Assembly (NCBI GenBank): GCA_045654845.1
Contig: JAZOOB010000046.1
Span: 1-57,578 of the forward strand
DNA length: 57,578 nt
Direction of reading: 5' to 3'
Origin: Eubacteriales bacterium
GTDB taxonomy: Bacteria > Bacillota > Clostridia > Oscillospirales > CAG-272
In this document: positions 40,101-46,665 of the stretch, piece after piece
Numbering within the stretch: the stretch's first letter is position 1
How the letters are laid out: every line of letters starts with the position of its first letter
Translations under genes and position numbers: made by a program
The notes under the pieces: generated by a model
The model's database searches: none
Seen by the model: only the letters and a program-made list of their open reading frames with translations
Told to the model about the DNA's origin: nothing

Positions 40101-40709
40101 TATAACGTCCTGGAGATAGTTTACCATAAGTCTGTCGGAGTTGTTCATTCCGTTTCCTCTTACGATAACGAATTCGGAAACGTCAACACCGTCTATTGTA
40201 AGGTTGTCCACCTTATAGTCGTATTCGTAGTTGTATCCTTCGACAGGATAATAGATACCGTCGTCAGCTAAAAGATAATCGGTAAAGTGAGAGAGTGCTT
40301 CTGCTGTCGCTCTGTCAGAGCCACCGATAATGAGAAGGCGGTTGTTCACTACACCTATGAAGTAGTCGTTTGACTTAAGGGTAGCAAATACGTCCTGGCT
40401 CTCCTGACGGTTGGTGTTACCGATAAGGATCTCAAGAGTGTCGGTGGGAGCTTCTTCGCCGGGCATCAAAAAGTCAGACGAAGGGCTGAGCATAGTTCCG
40501 TACTTTTCCTTGAGCTGAATCGTCAAGCTCATAAATTTGTCGGTTACGCTGCTTCCCGAGTTACTGGAATATACCAAAGAATATCCATCCCAGCCTTCGA
40601 GAAGGGCTTTCTTGTACTTCGGCTTGTCGTTATTGCCCTTGCACGCCACAAGGGTGGTGATAACCAAAACGAATACAAGCAGCAACACTAAAAGTTTGCT
40701 TCTTTTCAT
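37119..40709 (-). CDS. large secreted lipoprotein with right-handed parallel beta-helix (paralog 3, long form, 1196 aa)
   Basis: I prefer the ATG at 40709 (AGGAGAAAACTT ATG). Signal MKRSKLLVLLLVFVLVITTLVAC with an LVAC lipobox. Collinear with paralog 2 over its full length. Confidence 0.82.
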   Translation of the reverse strand: MKRSKLLVLLLVFVLVITTLVACKGNNDKPKYKKALLEGWDGYSLVYSSNSGSSVTDKFMSLTIQLKEKYGTMLSPSSDFLMPGEEAPTDTLEILIGNTNRQESQDVFATLKSNDYFIGVVNNRLLIIGGSDRATAEALSHFTDYLLADDGIYYPVEGYNYEYDYKVDNLTIDGVDVSEFVIVRGNGMNNSDRLMVNYLQDVISNVCGVNIPIVIPSTEEIEHEILIGDTGREATSVELEKDTYAMATEGGKLVMYGNGEYSSAYTIKKLIEEVLSVIPKGKSYNIQLEAIFGEPFAIPSLVSSNLPNGYQDLTDMYDYDVKSVDSVLDRFFITRDELPTEVTVLERVTPDQYPTSKEKVQIYVSANNGDDENDGSQKAPLKTIHKALSKVNGTKGGIIWVEGGNYSAADPITINSAHSGTMVSPLFIIGYGEEPVTVSGGKEISGADFVPVDPEYDSVAARLKEEVLDKVVTINLYDLGWQPEYIIPVTPSSSGLLTVDGEGYTLARFPNAYYEDGTILDSIDLLYIKHVYDTGSVTDVGSGNYYKWKERVERPGSGLTLSSVVGFEIQIVDERNPQVDPGDDYMRDEIINWVNTGEILLTGTVYSGWDHGSYTIDNYCVHDGNKLGILKPDGFYSLKSKQPCQYGAGVSTNSAAKRNTYYLSNAIEALDAPGEWFIDRMSGNLYLYPTSDDFASQTVTYLGKSTGSAAIKVDGAEYVVIDGLNIAGSSARGYHVANASNVVIQNAAISNTKGEGALFTATYDSAILYCDFSNINGTMVQNAYYYYDKQMRPSNVFIQNNYFHDPVPQSQYALVLRDGYRTVVSHNEFDNVCMSLGGFEHIIEYNEFRGGSKDVTDGGMIYTTSSGKGGSHVRYNLFHMFNVSQRAIYNDGKSNGNYAYGNIVNTRGALLGSGLQPWYSSSGHGNVCYENIMIIRDKEEYALTAGRDPETFTGVTDCILESDLFFYYYGANDGRNSQAAAWLHTGESRGQQDIDAYRKNHDETFMKTRYPDHMNYLYTVEFILAAYDTKEYNPTYDVRHLTTKKFTYMVEDGLKIYVPPYQYLDNAGKVKTMPEKIIEARNGGGWTLTFDEISAVERLWRQGAMTVIAKNLIIGGDDDLSIVIRNNTADNAGYYGGSSYIEDNYTQASTEDIMPGLNNYDYTISEEGWEYLESVMGPGFTLPLQDIDYTRMGCLE

Positions 40710-40805
40710 AAGTTTTCTCCTAAAATTTTTAAAAAATGAATGCTCAAAAAAATGAATAATCTTCAAAGGCACCTTTTTAAGATGCCCTTGAAGAACGAAT
40801 TTCAA

Positions 40806-41981
40806 TTAGAAGTCGAGTTCAATGATGCCCTTCTTAAGATAATCGGTCATAGACTTGCAGCCGTCCTTGGTTACTGCAATACCCTTTTCCCATCTTACGC
40901 CAAAGCCGTCGCCGGAAATGAAGGTATCTACCTGGAAGGTCATGTTCTCTTCAAGCTTGTAGTCGCTTATGGTTTCCATCCAAGGTGCTTCAACCTCGAT
41001 CATACCTGTACCGTGGCAGGGACCGTATACGAAGTTATCCTTGAATCCGTTTTCAACGTACATCTTGTAGAAGTCCTTTGCGATATCGCTCGCAACAACT
41101 CCTGCCTTAATCTGGTTAACAGTCCAGTCGTGAGCTTCCTTACAGAACTCGATGGTTCTTCTTCTCTCACCCTCGAGCTTGCCCATGATTACGGGAAGAC
41201 CGATTGCAGGGGAATAACCGTCAATCTTTGCAGAAAGATTGAGCTGAACGATGTCGCCCTTGTTGATGGTTCTGTATCCGCTACGGCTGATTGCGTGGCT
41301 GGTGGACTTTTCGCTGAATACGTACATAGGAAGACCCTCGTACTCTGCGCCCTCTTCATAGATAACTCTCTGAGCAATACCAACCATCTGAAGCTCGGTT
41401 ACACCGGGCTTAAGGTGTCTTATAACCTCATCGGTAGCAAGGTCAACGATACGGAAGCCCTCCTGAATACAAGCAAGCTCGTTTACGCTCTTGATCTTGC
41501 GGAGCTCTACCATGATCTCGTTGCACTTAACTATCTCTGCCTTCGGATAGCTTTCCTTCAAGCCCTCGAAAATAGGAAGGGTGCACTCAACGTAGCTACC
41601 AAGACCGATCTTAATATTTTCACCGGTTACGCCTATTGCCTTGAAAACGTCCTTAAAGGTGTCAGCGTGAAGCTCGGGATAAGAGGGGTCTGCAGACTCT
41701 CTGAATTCTCTCAAGCAGAAGATCTTGTCAATCTTTGCAACGTCCTTCGCGAAGATAATGCACTCAGGACCAACCATCAAGGCAGCGTCGCCTGTCGCGG
41801 AAATTGCTACACCTGCGCGCTCAAAAAGGGGCCAGAAGCCACTGAAATATCTCGCGTTAGCGTAGTCGGACTCGGTGCTGGATACTACCATTACATCAAG
41901 ACCCTTTTCGCGTACGAGCTTTGCAGCTCTTGCAATTCTTTCCTTGTACTCGTAATCCGGGATACAAATTCTGTTTGCCAT
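40806..41981 (-). CDS. M24 (Xaa-Pro peptidase/creatinase) fold protein, possibly non-canonical metal site
   Basis: 391 aa. It has an N-terminal creatinase/prolidase-N-like domain (KERIARAAKLVREKGLDVMVVSS). The C-terminal pita-bread segment includes GDIVQLNLSAKIDGYSPAIG, CHGTGMIEVEAPW and GVRWEKGIAVTKDG. Confidence 0.75.
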   Translation of the reverse strand: MANRICIPDYEYKERIARAAKLVREKGLDVMVVSSTESDYANARYFSGFWPLFERAGVAISATGDAALMVGPECIIFAKDVAKIDKIFCLREFRESADPSYPELHADTFKDVFKAIGVTGENIKIGLGSYVECTLPIFEGLKESYPKAEIVKCNEIMVELRKIKSVNELACIQEGFRIVDLATDEVIRHLKPGVTELQMVGIAQRVIYEEGAEYEGLPMYVFSEKSTSHAISRSGYRTINKGDIVQLNLSAKIDGYSPAIGLPVIMGKLEGERRRTIEFCKEAHDWTVNQIKAGVVASDIAKDFYKMYVENGFKDNFVYGPCHGTGMIEVEAPWMETISDYKLEENMTFQVDTFISGDGFGVRWEKGIAVTKDGCKSMTDYLKKGIIELDF

Positions 41982-42022
41982 AATAAAAATTCCTCCAAAA
42001 TGCTTTTTTTATTTATTTTTTA

Positions 42023-43096
42023 TTATTTTTCGATTTTAGCTCTCATTTTTTCGCTGTCGCTGGGATTGAGAATACCCGTGGTTATGTGGAAGGTCATGGT
42101 CTCGCCAGATGCAAGATACTTTTCATATCCGCGTGCCTTGCAGTAGAGATAACCCTTATGCTCTGCTGTCGCAGGAAGCACCATTCCAAGCGCGTCCTCG
42201 TCCTTTGTCCTCGCTATCCATCTTACACCGAAGGGCAATTCCTCGGGTCTGTGACATACGTAGCAGGAATATCCGTCGGGAAGAAGCTGCATTGTATGAG
42301 CATTTCCCTTTTCATCTGCGTCGTACCTACAGGTAAATACGATTTCGGGCGCATAGGACTGAGTATTTTTGTCGACCACGTCCATAATGGAAGCGTCTTC
42401 GTTTAGCTTGTCTATATAAGCTGTCGTCTTGTCGCCGTTAGGATAACCGTCGGGGACCTCGGAATGAGCTATGATATTCTTTCTGTCTGCGGTGTAGATG
42501 AGGCGCGAGCCGTCAACGGGCAGATAGTTTATATGACAAAGATAGAAGTACTCGAGCGGAAGGTCCTTATTGTTTTTAAACGACATCGTCATTTCAATAG
42601 TGGACGCGTCCTCGTAAAGACGGCACTCGGGTATGAAATCGTAATTGATCTCAAACGCTCTCTTGTGGCTGTAAATTCCACCGAGTGATATGTACTTACC
42701 GCGCTCGTCCTCGCCTACTATAACGTAAGCCTCTTTATACTTGGCTATCGGCAATTCTCCGTGGGGAAGATGCGTATCCTCTGCTGTCGGATTTCCCATA
42801 GCGGTAAGTCCGCAGTGCATAAGGAAGCAGCCGTAGCTCTCTCCATAATTCTGGTAGCAAACCTCAGGCTCGTCGTAAATGGACTTCATCACCATATCGT
42901 GACCAAGAAATTCCATTTCCCAGACCATCTGTCCCATAAAGGGAAGAAGAGTAACGAAGCCTTTATCGTTTTGCAGCTTGACCGCCTCGATTCCCGTAGA
43001 ATACTTGAAGGTGGTGGCTACGAGAGTGTCACTCTGGAACAAAAGCTTTTCATCTCTTGAAAACTGCTCTTTATAAAGATAAATTTTTCCGTTCAA
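42023..43096 (-). CDS. aldose-1-epimerase (galactose mutarotase)-like protein, DUF4432-like
   Basis: 357 aa with a TTG start 8 nt after GAGGAG. The motifs CGLTAMGNPTAEDTHLPHGELP and MVLPATAEHKG resemble the mutarotase-like DUF4432 family as I recall it. Confidence 0.55.
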   Translation of the reverse strand: MNGKIYLYKEQFSRDEKLLFQSDTLVATTFKYSTGIEAVKLQNDKGFVTLLPFMGQMVWEMEFLGHDMVMKSIYDEPEVCYQNYGESYGCFLMHCGLTAMGNPTAEDTHLPHGELPIAKYKEAYVIVGEDERGKYISLGGIYSHKRAFEINYDFIPECRLYEDASTIEMTMSFKNNKDLPLEYFYLCHINYLPVDGSRLIYTADRKNIIAHSEVPDGYPNGDKTTAYIDKLNEDASIMDVVDKNTQSYAPEIVFTCRYDADEKGNAHTMQLLPDGYSCYVCHRPEELPFGVRWIARTKDEDALGMVLPATAEHKGYLYCKARGYEKYLASGETMTFHITTGILNPSDSEKMRAKIEK

Positions 43097-43133
43097 GTCT
43101 TAATCTCCTCGTTTGTATTTTCATCATTTCTCC

Positions 43134-43187
43134 GCCTTGGCGAACAAGAAAAACGCGCACGCGCGCTCGCGCGTGAGCAAGCAAGGC
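43134..43187 (-). promoter_or_regulatory. GC-rich terminator-like hairpin within the leader of the DUF4432-like/M24-like operon
   Basis: The minus-strand RNA reads GCCUUG-cuugcu-CACGCGCG-ag-CGCGCGUG-cgcg-UUUUUCUU-guucgc-CAAGGC. It contains a perfect 8+8 palindrome (43158-43175) nested inside a 6-bp outer helix (43134-43139 with 43182-43187). Confidence 0.45.
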
Positions 43188-43211
43188 TTTAAAACAATTT
43201 AAGTCAGTGTA

Positions 43212-43240
43212 ATTATACCATTTTTTATTCGGTTTGTAAA
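43212..43240 (-). promoter_or_regulatory. sigma-A type promoter of the DUF4432-like/M24-like operon
   Basis: Minus strand: TTTACA (43235-43240), a 17-nt spacer, then TGgTATAAT (TATAAT = 43212-43217). Confidence 0.55.
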
Positions 43241-43320
43241 CATATTTTATGGTAGTTTTTCTTTTTTGTTGAACTTGTCTAAAATGACCGTCATCTATAT
43301 TATGAAATGCACAAATGAAA

Positions 43321-43373
43321 TTTAAAAACCCCTCAAAAGTGCCGTAAAAAACAACTCTTTTTCGGGGTTTTTA
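43321..43373 (-). terminator. intrinsic terminator after the DUF1538/PII/zinc-ribbon operon
   Basis: AAAAACCCC...GGGGTTTTT with an extended imperfect stem, followed on the minus strand by TTTTTAAATTT. Confidence 0.55.
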
Positions 43374-43418
43374 AGATTTTCCGACTCGCATTTTGCAAGT
43401 GTCGAAAAATATCGGGTA

Positions 43419-43829
43419 TTAAGTTTTCTTTTCTATGCTCTTTTTGCATTTCGGACAATGAACTATTATCTTGCCCTTCCCCTTCGGGACTCGCAAAACC
43501 GCACCGCACTTGCATCTGAAATACTTATGCGTTTTTCTGTCATTAAACTTGTTTTTCTGAAGCTTAAAGAATTTTTTTGTCGACGAAAGGAATCTTTCGT
43601 ACGCATAAAGCTCTCTGTTTCTCTTGACGTTATTTTTCGACAACACGCGGAAAATAGCGAAAAAGAAGAGCAAAAAGTAAACAATTGTGAACACTACTCT
43701 CAAAGCAAATATGGAAATAACACAAGCAACAAAGGAAGCCCATATCAAGTGATACGAGAGCTTATCGTAGCCGTGTCTGCCGTAAAGAAATCTTTGCATT
43801 TTAAGAGCCATTCTTTGAAGAAAATTCAT
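43419..43829 (-). CDS. membrane protein with C-terminal zinc ribbon
   Basis: 136 aa with two predicted TM helices (LIWASFVACVISIFAL and FTIVYFLLFFFAIF). The C-terminal CKC...CPKC motif is a four-Cys zinc ribbon. It starts 9 nt after the PII-like gene stops. Confidence 0.6.
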   Translation of the reverse strand: MNFLQRMALKMQRFLYGRHGYDKLSYHLIWASFVACVISIFALRVVFTIVYFLLFFFAIFRVLSKNNVKRNRELYAYERFLSSTKKFFKLQKNKFNDRKTHKYFRCKCGAVLRVPKGKGKIIVHCPKCKKSIEKKT

Positions 43830-43838
43830 AGCCTTGTA

Positions 43839-44507
43839 TTATTCCTCTTCCTTGAAGGTACGAAGTCCGACTACCTCGGAAACGGGTAATGAGAAGCATA
43901 TAGCACCGGCTTCCGTATGTCTTCCGCAGTTCTGATTTATAGCCTTCATTATATCGGATTTTTTATCCTCGGATGCGAGGATATATATCATATCCTTTTC
44001 GTCCGCCAGAGAAACTCCGTGGAATTTTTCGCTCTTGACAGTACCCTTCGCGTGAAAAACAGTACCGCCCGACGCGCCCGCGCCTCTTGCCGCGTCCATT
44101 ATCATATCTGAATATCCTTCGTTCAGAATAACGACTATCATTTCGTTTTCAAATTTCATACTCGGTACTGAGCCTCCTAATTCCTGTCCTTCTGTAATAT
44201 ATTCGAGATTTTTTCCGCCGCCAACGCTTTTTATCGGGATAGACATCATTATTCCGTTTCCGGGAATATCTATCATCATCTTGATTTTTGCCATTTTCAT
44301 AAGCTTTTCAAGCGTTACGCTCGTCGCGACGGCGTTCACTATGGATTTTTCGGTCTTTTCCAAATCATACAGAAGCAAATGCTCGCTTGTCGCAGTTCCG
44401 TTTCCAAGATTTTCGAGTATGACCGACACGTTAAGCTCGCTGTAAATATCTATAAGCGTCTTTACTTTTTCTCTGTCAACTATTGAAACAACGTAGTAAA
44501 GCTCCAT
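43839..44507 (-). CDS. fused tandem PII-like signal transduction protein
   Basis: I prefer the ATG at 44507 (GGAGG 8 nt upstream; TAATG overlap with the upstream stop). It has two halves of about 100 aa, each ferredoxin-like. The second half (ARGAGASGGTVFHAKGT...ICFSLPVSEVVGL) resembles PII-family proteins found next to DUF1538 genes. Confidence 0.68.
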   Translation of the reverse strand: MELYYVVSIVDREKVKTLIDIYSELNVSVILENLGNGTATSEHLLLYDLEKTEKSIVNAVATSVTLEKLMKMAKIKMMIDIPGNGIMMSIPIKSVGGGKNLEYITEGQELGGSVPSMKFENEMIVVILNEGYSDMIMDAARGAGASGGTVFHAKGTVKSEKFHGVSLADEKDMIYILASEDKKSDIMKAINQNCGRHTEAGAICFSLPVSEVVGLRTFKEEE

Positions 44508-46036
44508 TATACGACCTCCCAAAGCTCAATGATTTCATCATCCGAGAATCTGCTGTATACGGTATCTGCCTTTTCATGCTTTTTAGTCTTAAGTGCGAAT
44601 ACAGCGCCCATAACCTGAACTGTAATCAAGGGCATCATCGCTACCATGGCGACAAGACCGAAGGCGTCTGACATAACGTTCGTTCCCAGTGCGGTACAAG
44701 CACCTATTGCCAAGGGAAGCATGAAGGTGGCCGTCATAGGACCCGACGCAACTCCGCCCGCGTCGAAGGCTATCGCCGTATAGGTGGGCGAAACGAAAAG
44801 CGTGAGTGCAAGTGAAATGAGATATCCCGGCAAAACGAACCAGAGGATAGAAATGCCTGTAAATACGCGAAGCATAGCGATTCCCATAGCAATAGCTATA
44901 CCGATAGAGAGTGTTGTATTCATGGTGTTCTCTGCTATCGCGCCCGCGCTCAGATCGTATACCTGCTTTGTAAGAATATGCACCGCAGGCTCGGCTTTTA
45001 TTATGAACCAACCCATAAGCATAGCGATAGGTACGAGTACCCAAGCGAATTTGCTTACAGCGAGTGATTCGCCAAGCACGTAGCCAAGAGAGGAAAATCC
45101 TACGTTTACACCCGTAAGGAACAAAACGAGACCTATGTAGGTATAAACTATACCCATCATTATCTTCGCCACAGGGCGCTTAGCAAGCTTGAGTGAAACA
45201 AACTGGAAGATAAGGAAGAATGCAACTATGGGTGAAAGAGCCATTCCAACCTCTGCCATATAGTGTGGGAACGCCATAAGATAGCCTATTCCCAAGTCCT
45301 TTGAGTTTTCAAAGGCGGTCACTATCGTCTGTGCAGTATGTACCGTATCGGCAGGATAGATAAAGCCAAGTATCAAAACCGAAAGTATAGGGCCTATCGA
45401 GCAAAGAGCAACGAGACCAAAGCTGTCCGACTTCGCATTTTTGTCGCTTCGGATAGACGCGACACCGACACCGAGTGCCATAATAAAGGGTACGGTCATA
45501 GGACCTGTGGTAACTCCGCCCGAGTCAAACGCCACCGACAAAAAGTCCTTGTCGGAAAGAAAGGCGAGGGCAAAAACCACCGTATAGAAGAAGATAAGAA
45601 GCCATCTCATAGGAATAGCAAAAAGAATACGAAGCATACTGACGACAAGGAAAAGCCCTACGCCCACGGAAACCGTGATTATAAGTGCGAGGGTGTCAAT
45701 ATTCGGCGTATTGTTCGCTAAGACCTGCAAATCGGGCTCGGCAACCGTTATAATAATGCCGAGAACAAAGCTGATAAGCACGATAAGAGGAATATTTTTA
45801 GTTTTCGTCAGACGCGCGCCTATATGATTTCCTATCTGCGTCATAGAGATGTCCGCACCGATATTGAAAAGGCTCATTCCAAGTATGATCATAGCCGTTC
45901 CTATGATAAAGGAAAGGACAAGCCCACTGCTTATCGGGACGAAAAACAGACAGAGCAACAAGACTATTGCAGATATAGGCAGTACCGCGCGCACCGATTC
46001 TGCGGTTTTTTCCTTGATAAGGTTTTTTCTTTCCAA
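44507..46036 (-). CDS. fused double DUF1538 integral membrane protein (putative transporter)
   Basis: 509 aa polytopic protein with two homologous halves. Each half carries an AEP(D/A)-(L/V)-x-(V/I)L motif and an AFD(S/A)GGV(T/A)(T/S)GPMT signature, which I recognise as DUF1538. Confidence 0.7.
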   Translation of the reverse strand: MERKNLIKEKTAESVRAVLPISAIVLLLCLFFVPISSGLVLSFIIGTAMIILGMSLFNIGADISMTQIGNHIGARLTKTKNIPLIVLISFVLGIIITVAEPDLQVLANNTPNIDTLALIITVSVGVGLFLVVSMLRILFAIPMRWLLIFFYTVVFALAFLSDKDFLSVAFDSGGVTTGPMTVPFIMALGVGVASIRSDKNAKSDSFGLVALCSIGPILSVLILGFIYPADTVHTAQTIVTAFENSKDLGIGYLMAFPHYMAEVGMALSPIVAFFLIFQFVSLKLAKRPVAKIMMGIVYTYIGLVLFLTGVNVGFSSLGYVLGESLAVSKFAWVLVPIAMLMGWFIIKAEPAVHILTKQVYDLSAGAIAENTMNTTLSIGIAIAMGIAMLRVFTGISILWFVLPGYLISLALTLFVSPTYTAIAFDAGGVASGPMTATFMLPLAIGACTALGTNVMSDAFGLVAMVAMMPLITVQVMGAVFALKTKKHEKADTVYSRFSDDEIIELWEVV

Positions 46037-46149
46037 AATGACTCCTGAAGGTTGATTTTTTTAGTTTACTTTATAAGTATATCAATAATATGTTAAAAAA
46101 GTCCTAATGAATTAGCTATAAAGATTAAATTATTGCAAGCTCTGCCCGT

Positions 46150-46635
46150 TCAGTCCTTTTGTATTTTCTTTCCGAAAATTGCAAAGGCAACCGAGAACAA
46201 AACAACCGAGGCTGTCGCCTGCATAGTATTGCCCAAAATTCCTGCCGTAGCGGAAAGAAAGCTCGAATATATAAGCGCATCGTAAAGATAATATCCCAAA
46301 ATCATAAATGCTTCTGCTAAAATTGAAACGGGAATACAGAGATATCTGTGCTTTTTCATTAAGGTTTTATAGAAGATTCCCGCAACAAGCGCAATCAGTC
46401 CCTTAATTACAAAGGTAGCCGGTATGTAAAGAGGATAGCTCAAAAAGAGGTCGGAAAGCGACGAGCCAATAGCTGCGGCAATCGCACCAAAGACAGGTCC
46501 AAGGTAACAGCCGGCGAGCAAGCAGAGCGCGTCCGCCAAATGTATATATCCGTTTGCAATAGGAATAGAAAACATCGTCGCTACACATATTGCAGCCGCC
46601 ATCACGGCCATTTTAGTTAAATTTTTAATTTTCAT
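46150..46635 (-). CDS. ECF transporter S-component-like membrane protein, substrate unknown
   Basis: 161 aa with about 5-6 TM helices. IHLADALCLLAGCYLGPVFGAIAAAIGSSLSDL resembles the RibU/ThiT-type S-component core. Confidence 0.5.
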   Translation of the reverse strand: MKIKNLTKMAVMAAAICVATMFSIPIANGYIHLADALCLLAGCYLGPVFGAIAAAIGSSLSDLFLSYPLYIPATFVIKGLIALVAGIFYKTLMKKHRYLCIPVSILAEAFMILGYYLYDALIYSSFLSATAGILGNTMQATASVVLFSVAFAIFGKKIQKD

Positions 46636-46665
46636 AAAAAGATCTCCTTTAAAAATTAAAATAAA

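Noticed and set aside
33220-40271. Several long plus-strand ORFs (33220..34131, 35029..35619, 37086..37946, 38505..39086, 39120..40271).
   Set aside because: All lie antisense to the beta-helix lipoprotein genes, and they recur at matching positions only because those genes are paralogs. Their products are V-, R- and I-rich with no signal or motif, and their starts have no RBS.
30367-40709. Idea that the paralog array is a diversity-generating or phase-variable system (DGR, invertible promoter, shufflon).
   Set aside because: No reverse transcriptase, recombinase or template-repeat/variable-repeat pair is present. I saw no inverted repeats flanking the promoters. The differences between paralogs are spread along the genes rather than clustered.
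40740-42146. 468-aa plus-strand ORF, the longest unexplained ORF in the track.
   Set aside because: It spans the antisense of the whole M24-like gene, the intergenic spacer and the 3' end of the DUF4432-like gene. The sense-strand products have clear family resemblance. There is no RBS at 40740. It is an antisense artefact.
44589-45044. 151-aa alternative-frame ORF on the minus strand, plus the plus-strand ORFs 44784..45083 and 45338..45721.
   Set aside because: They are embedded in the DUF1538 membrane protein gene. Their products are rich in R, Y, G and H, which is typical of off-frame translation.
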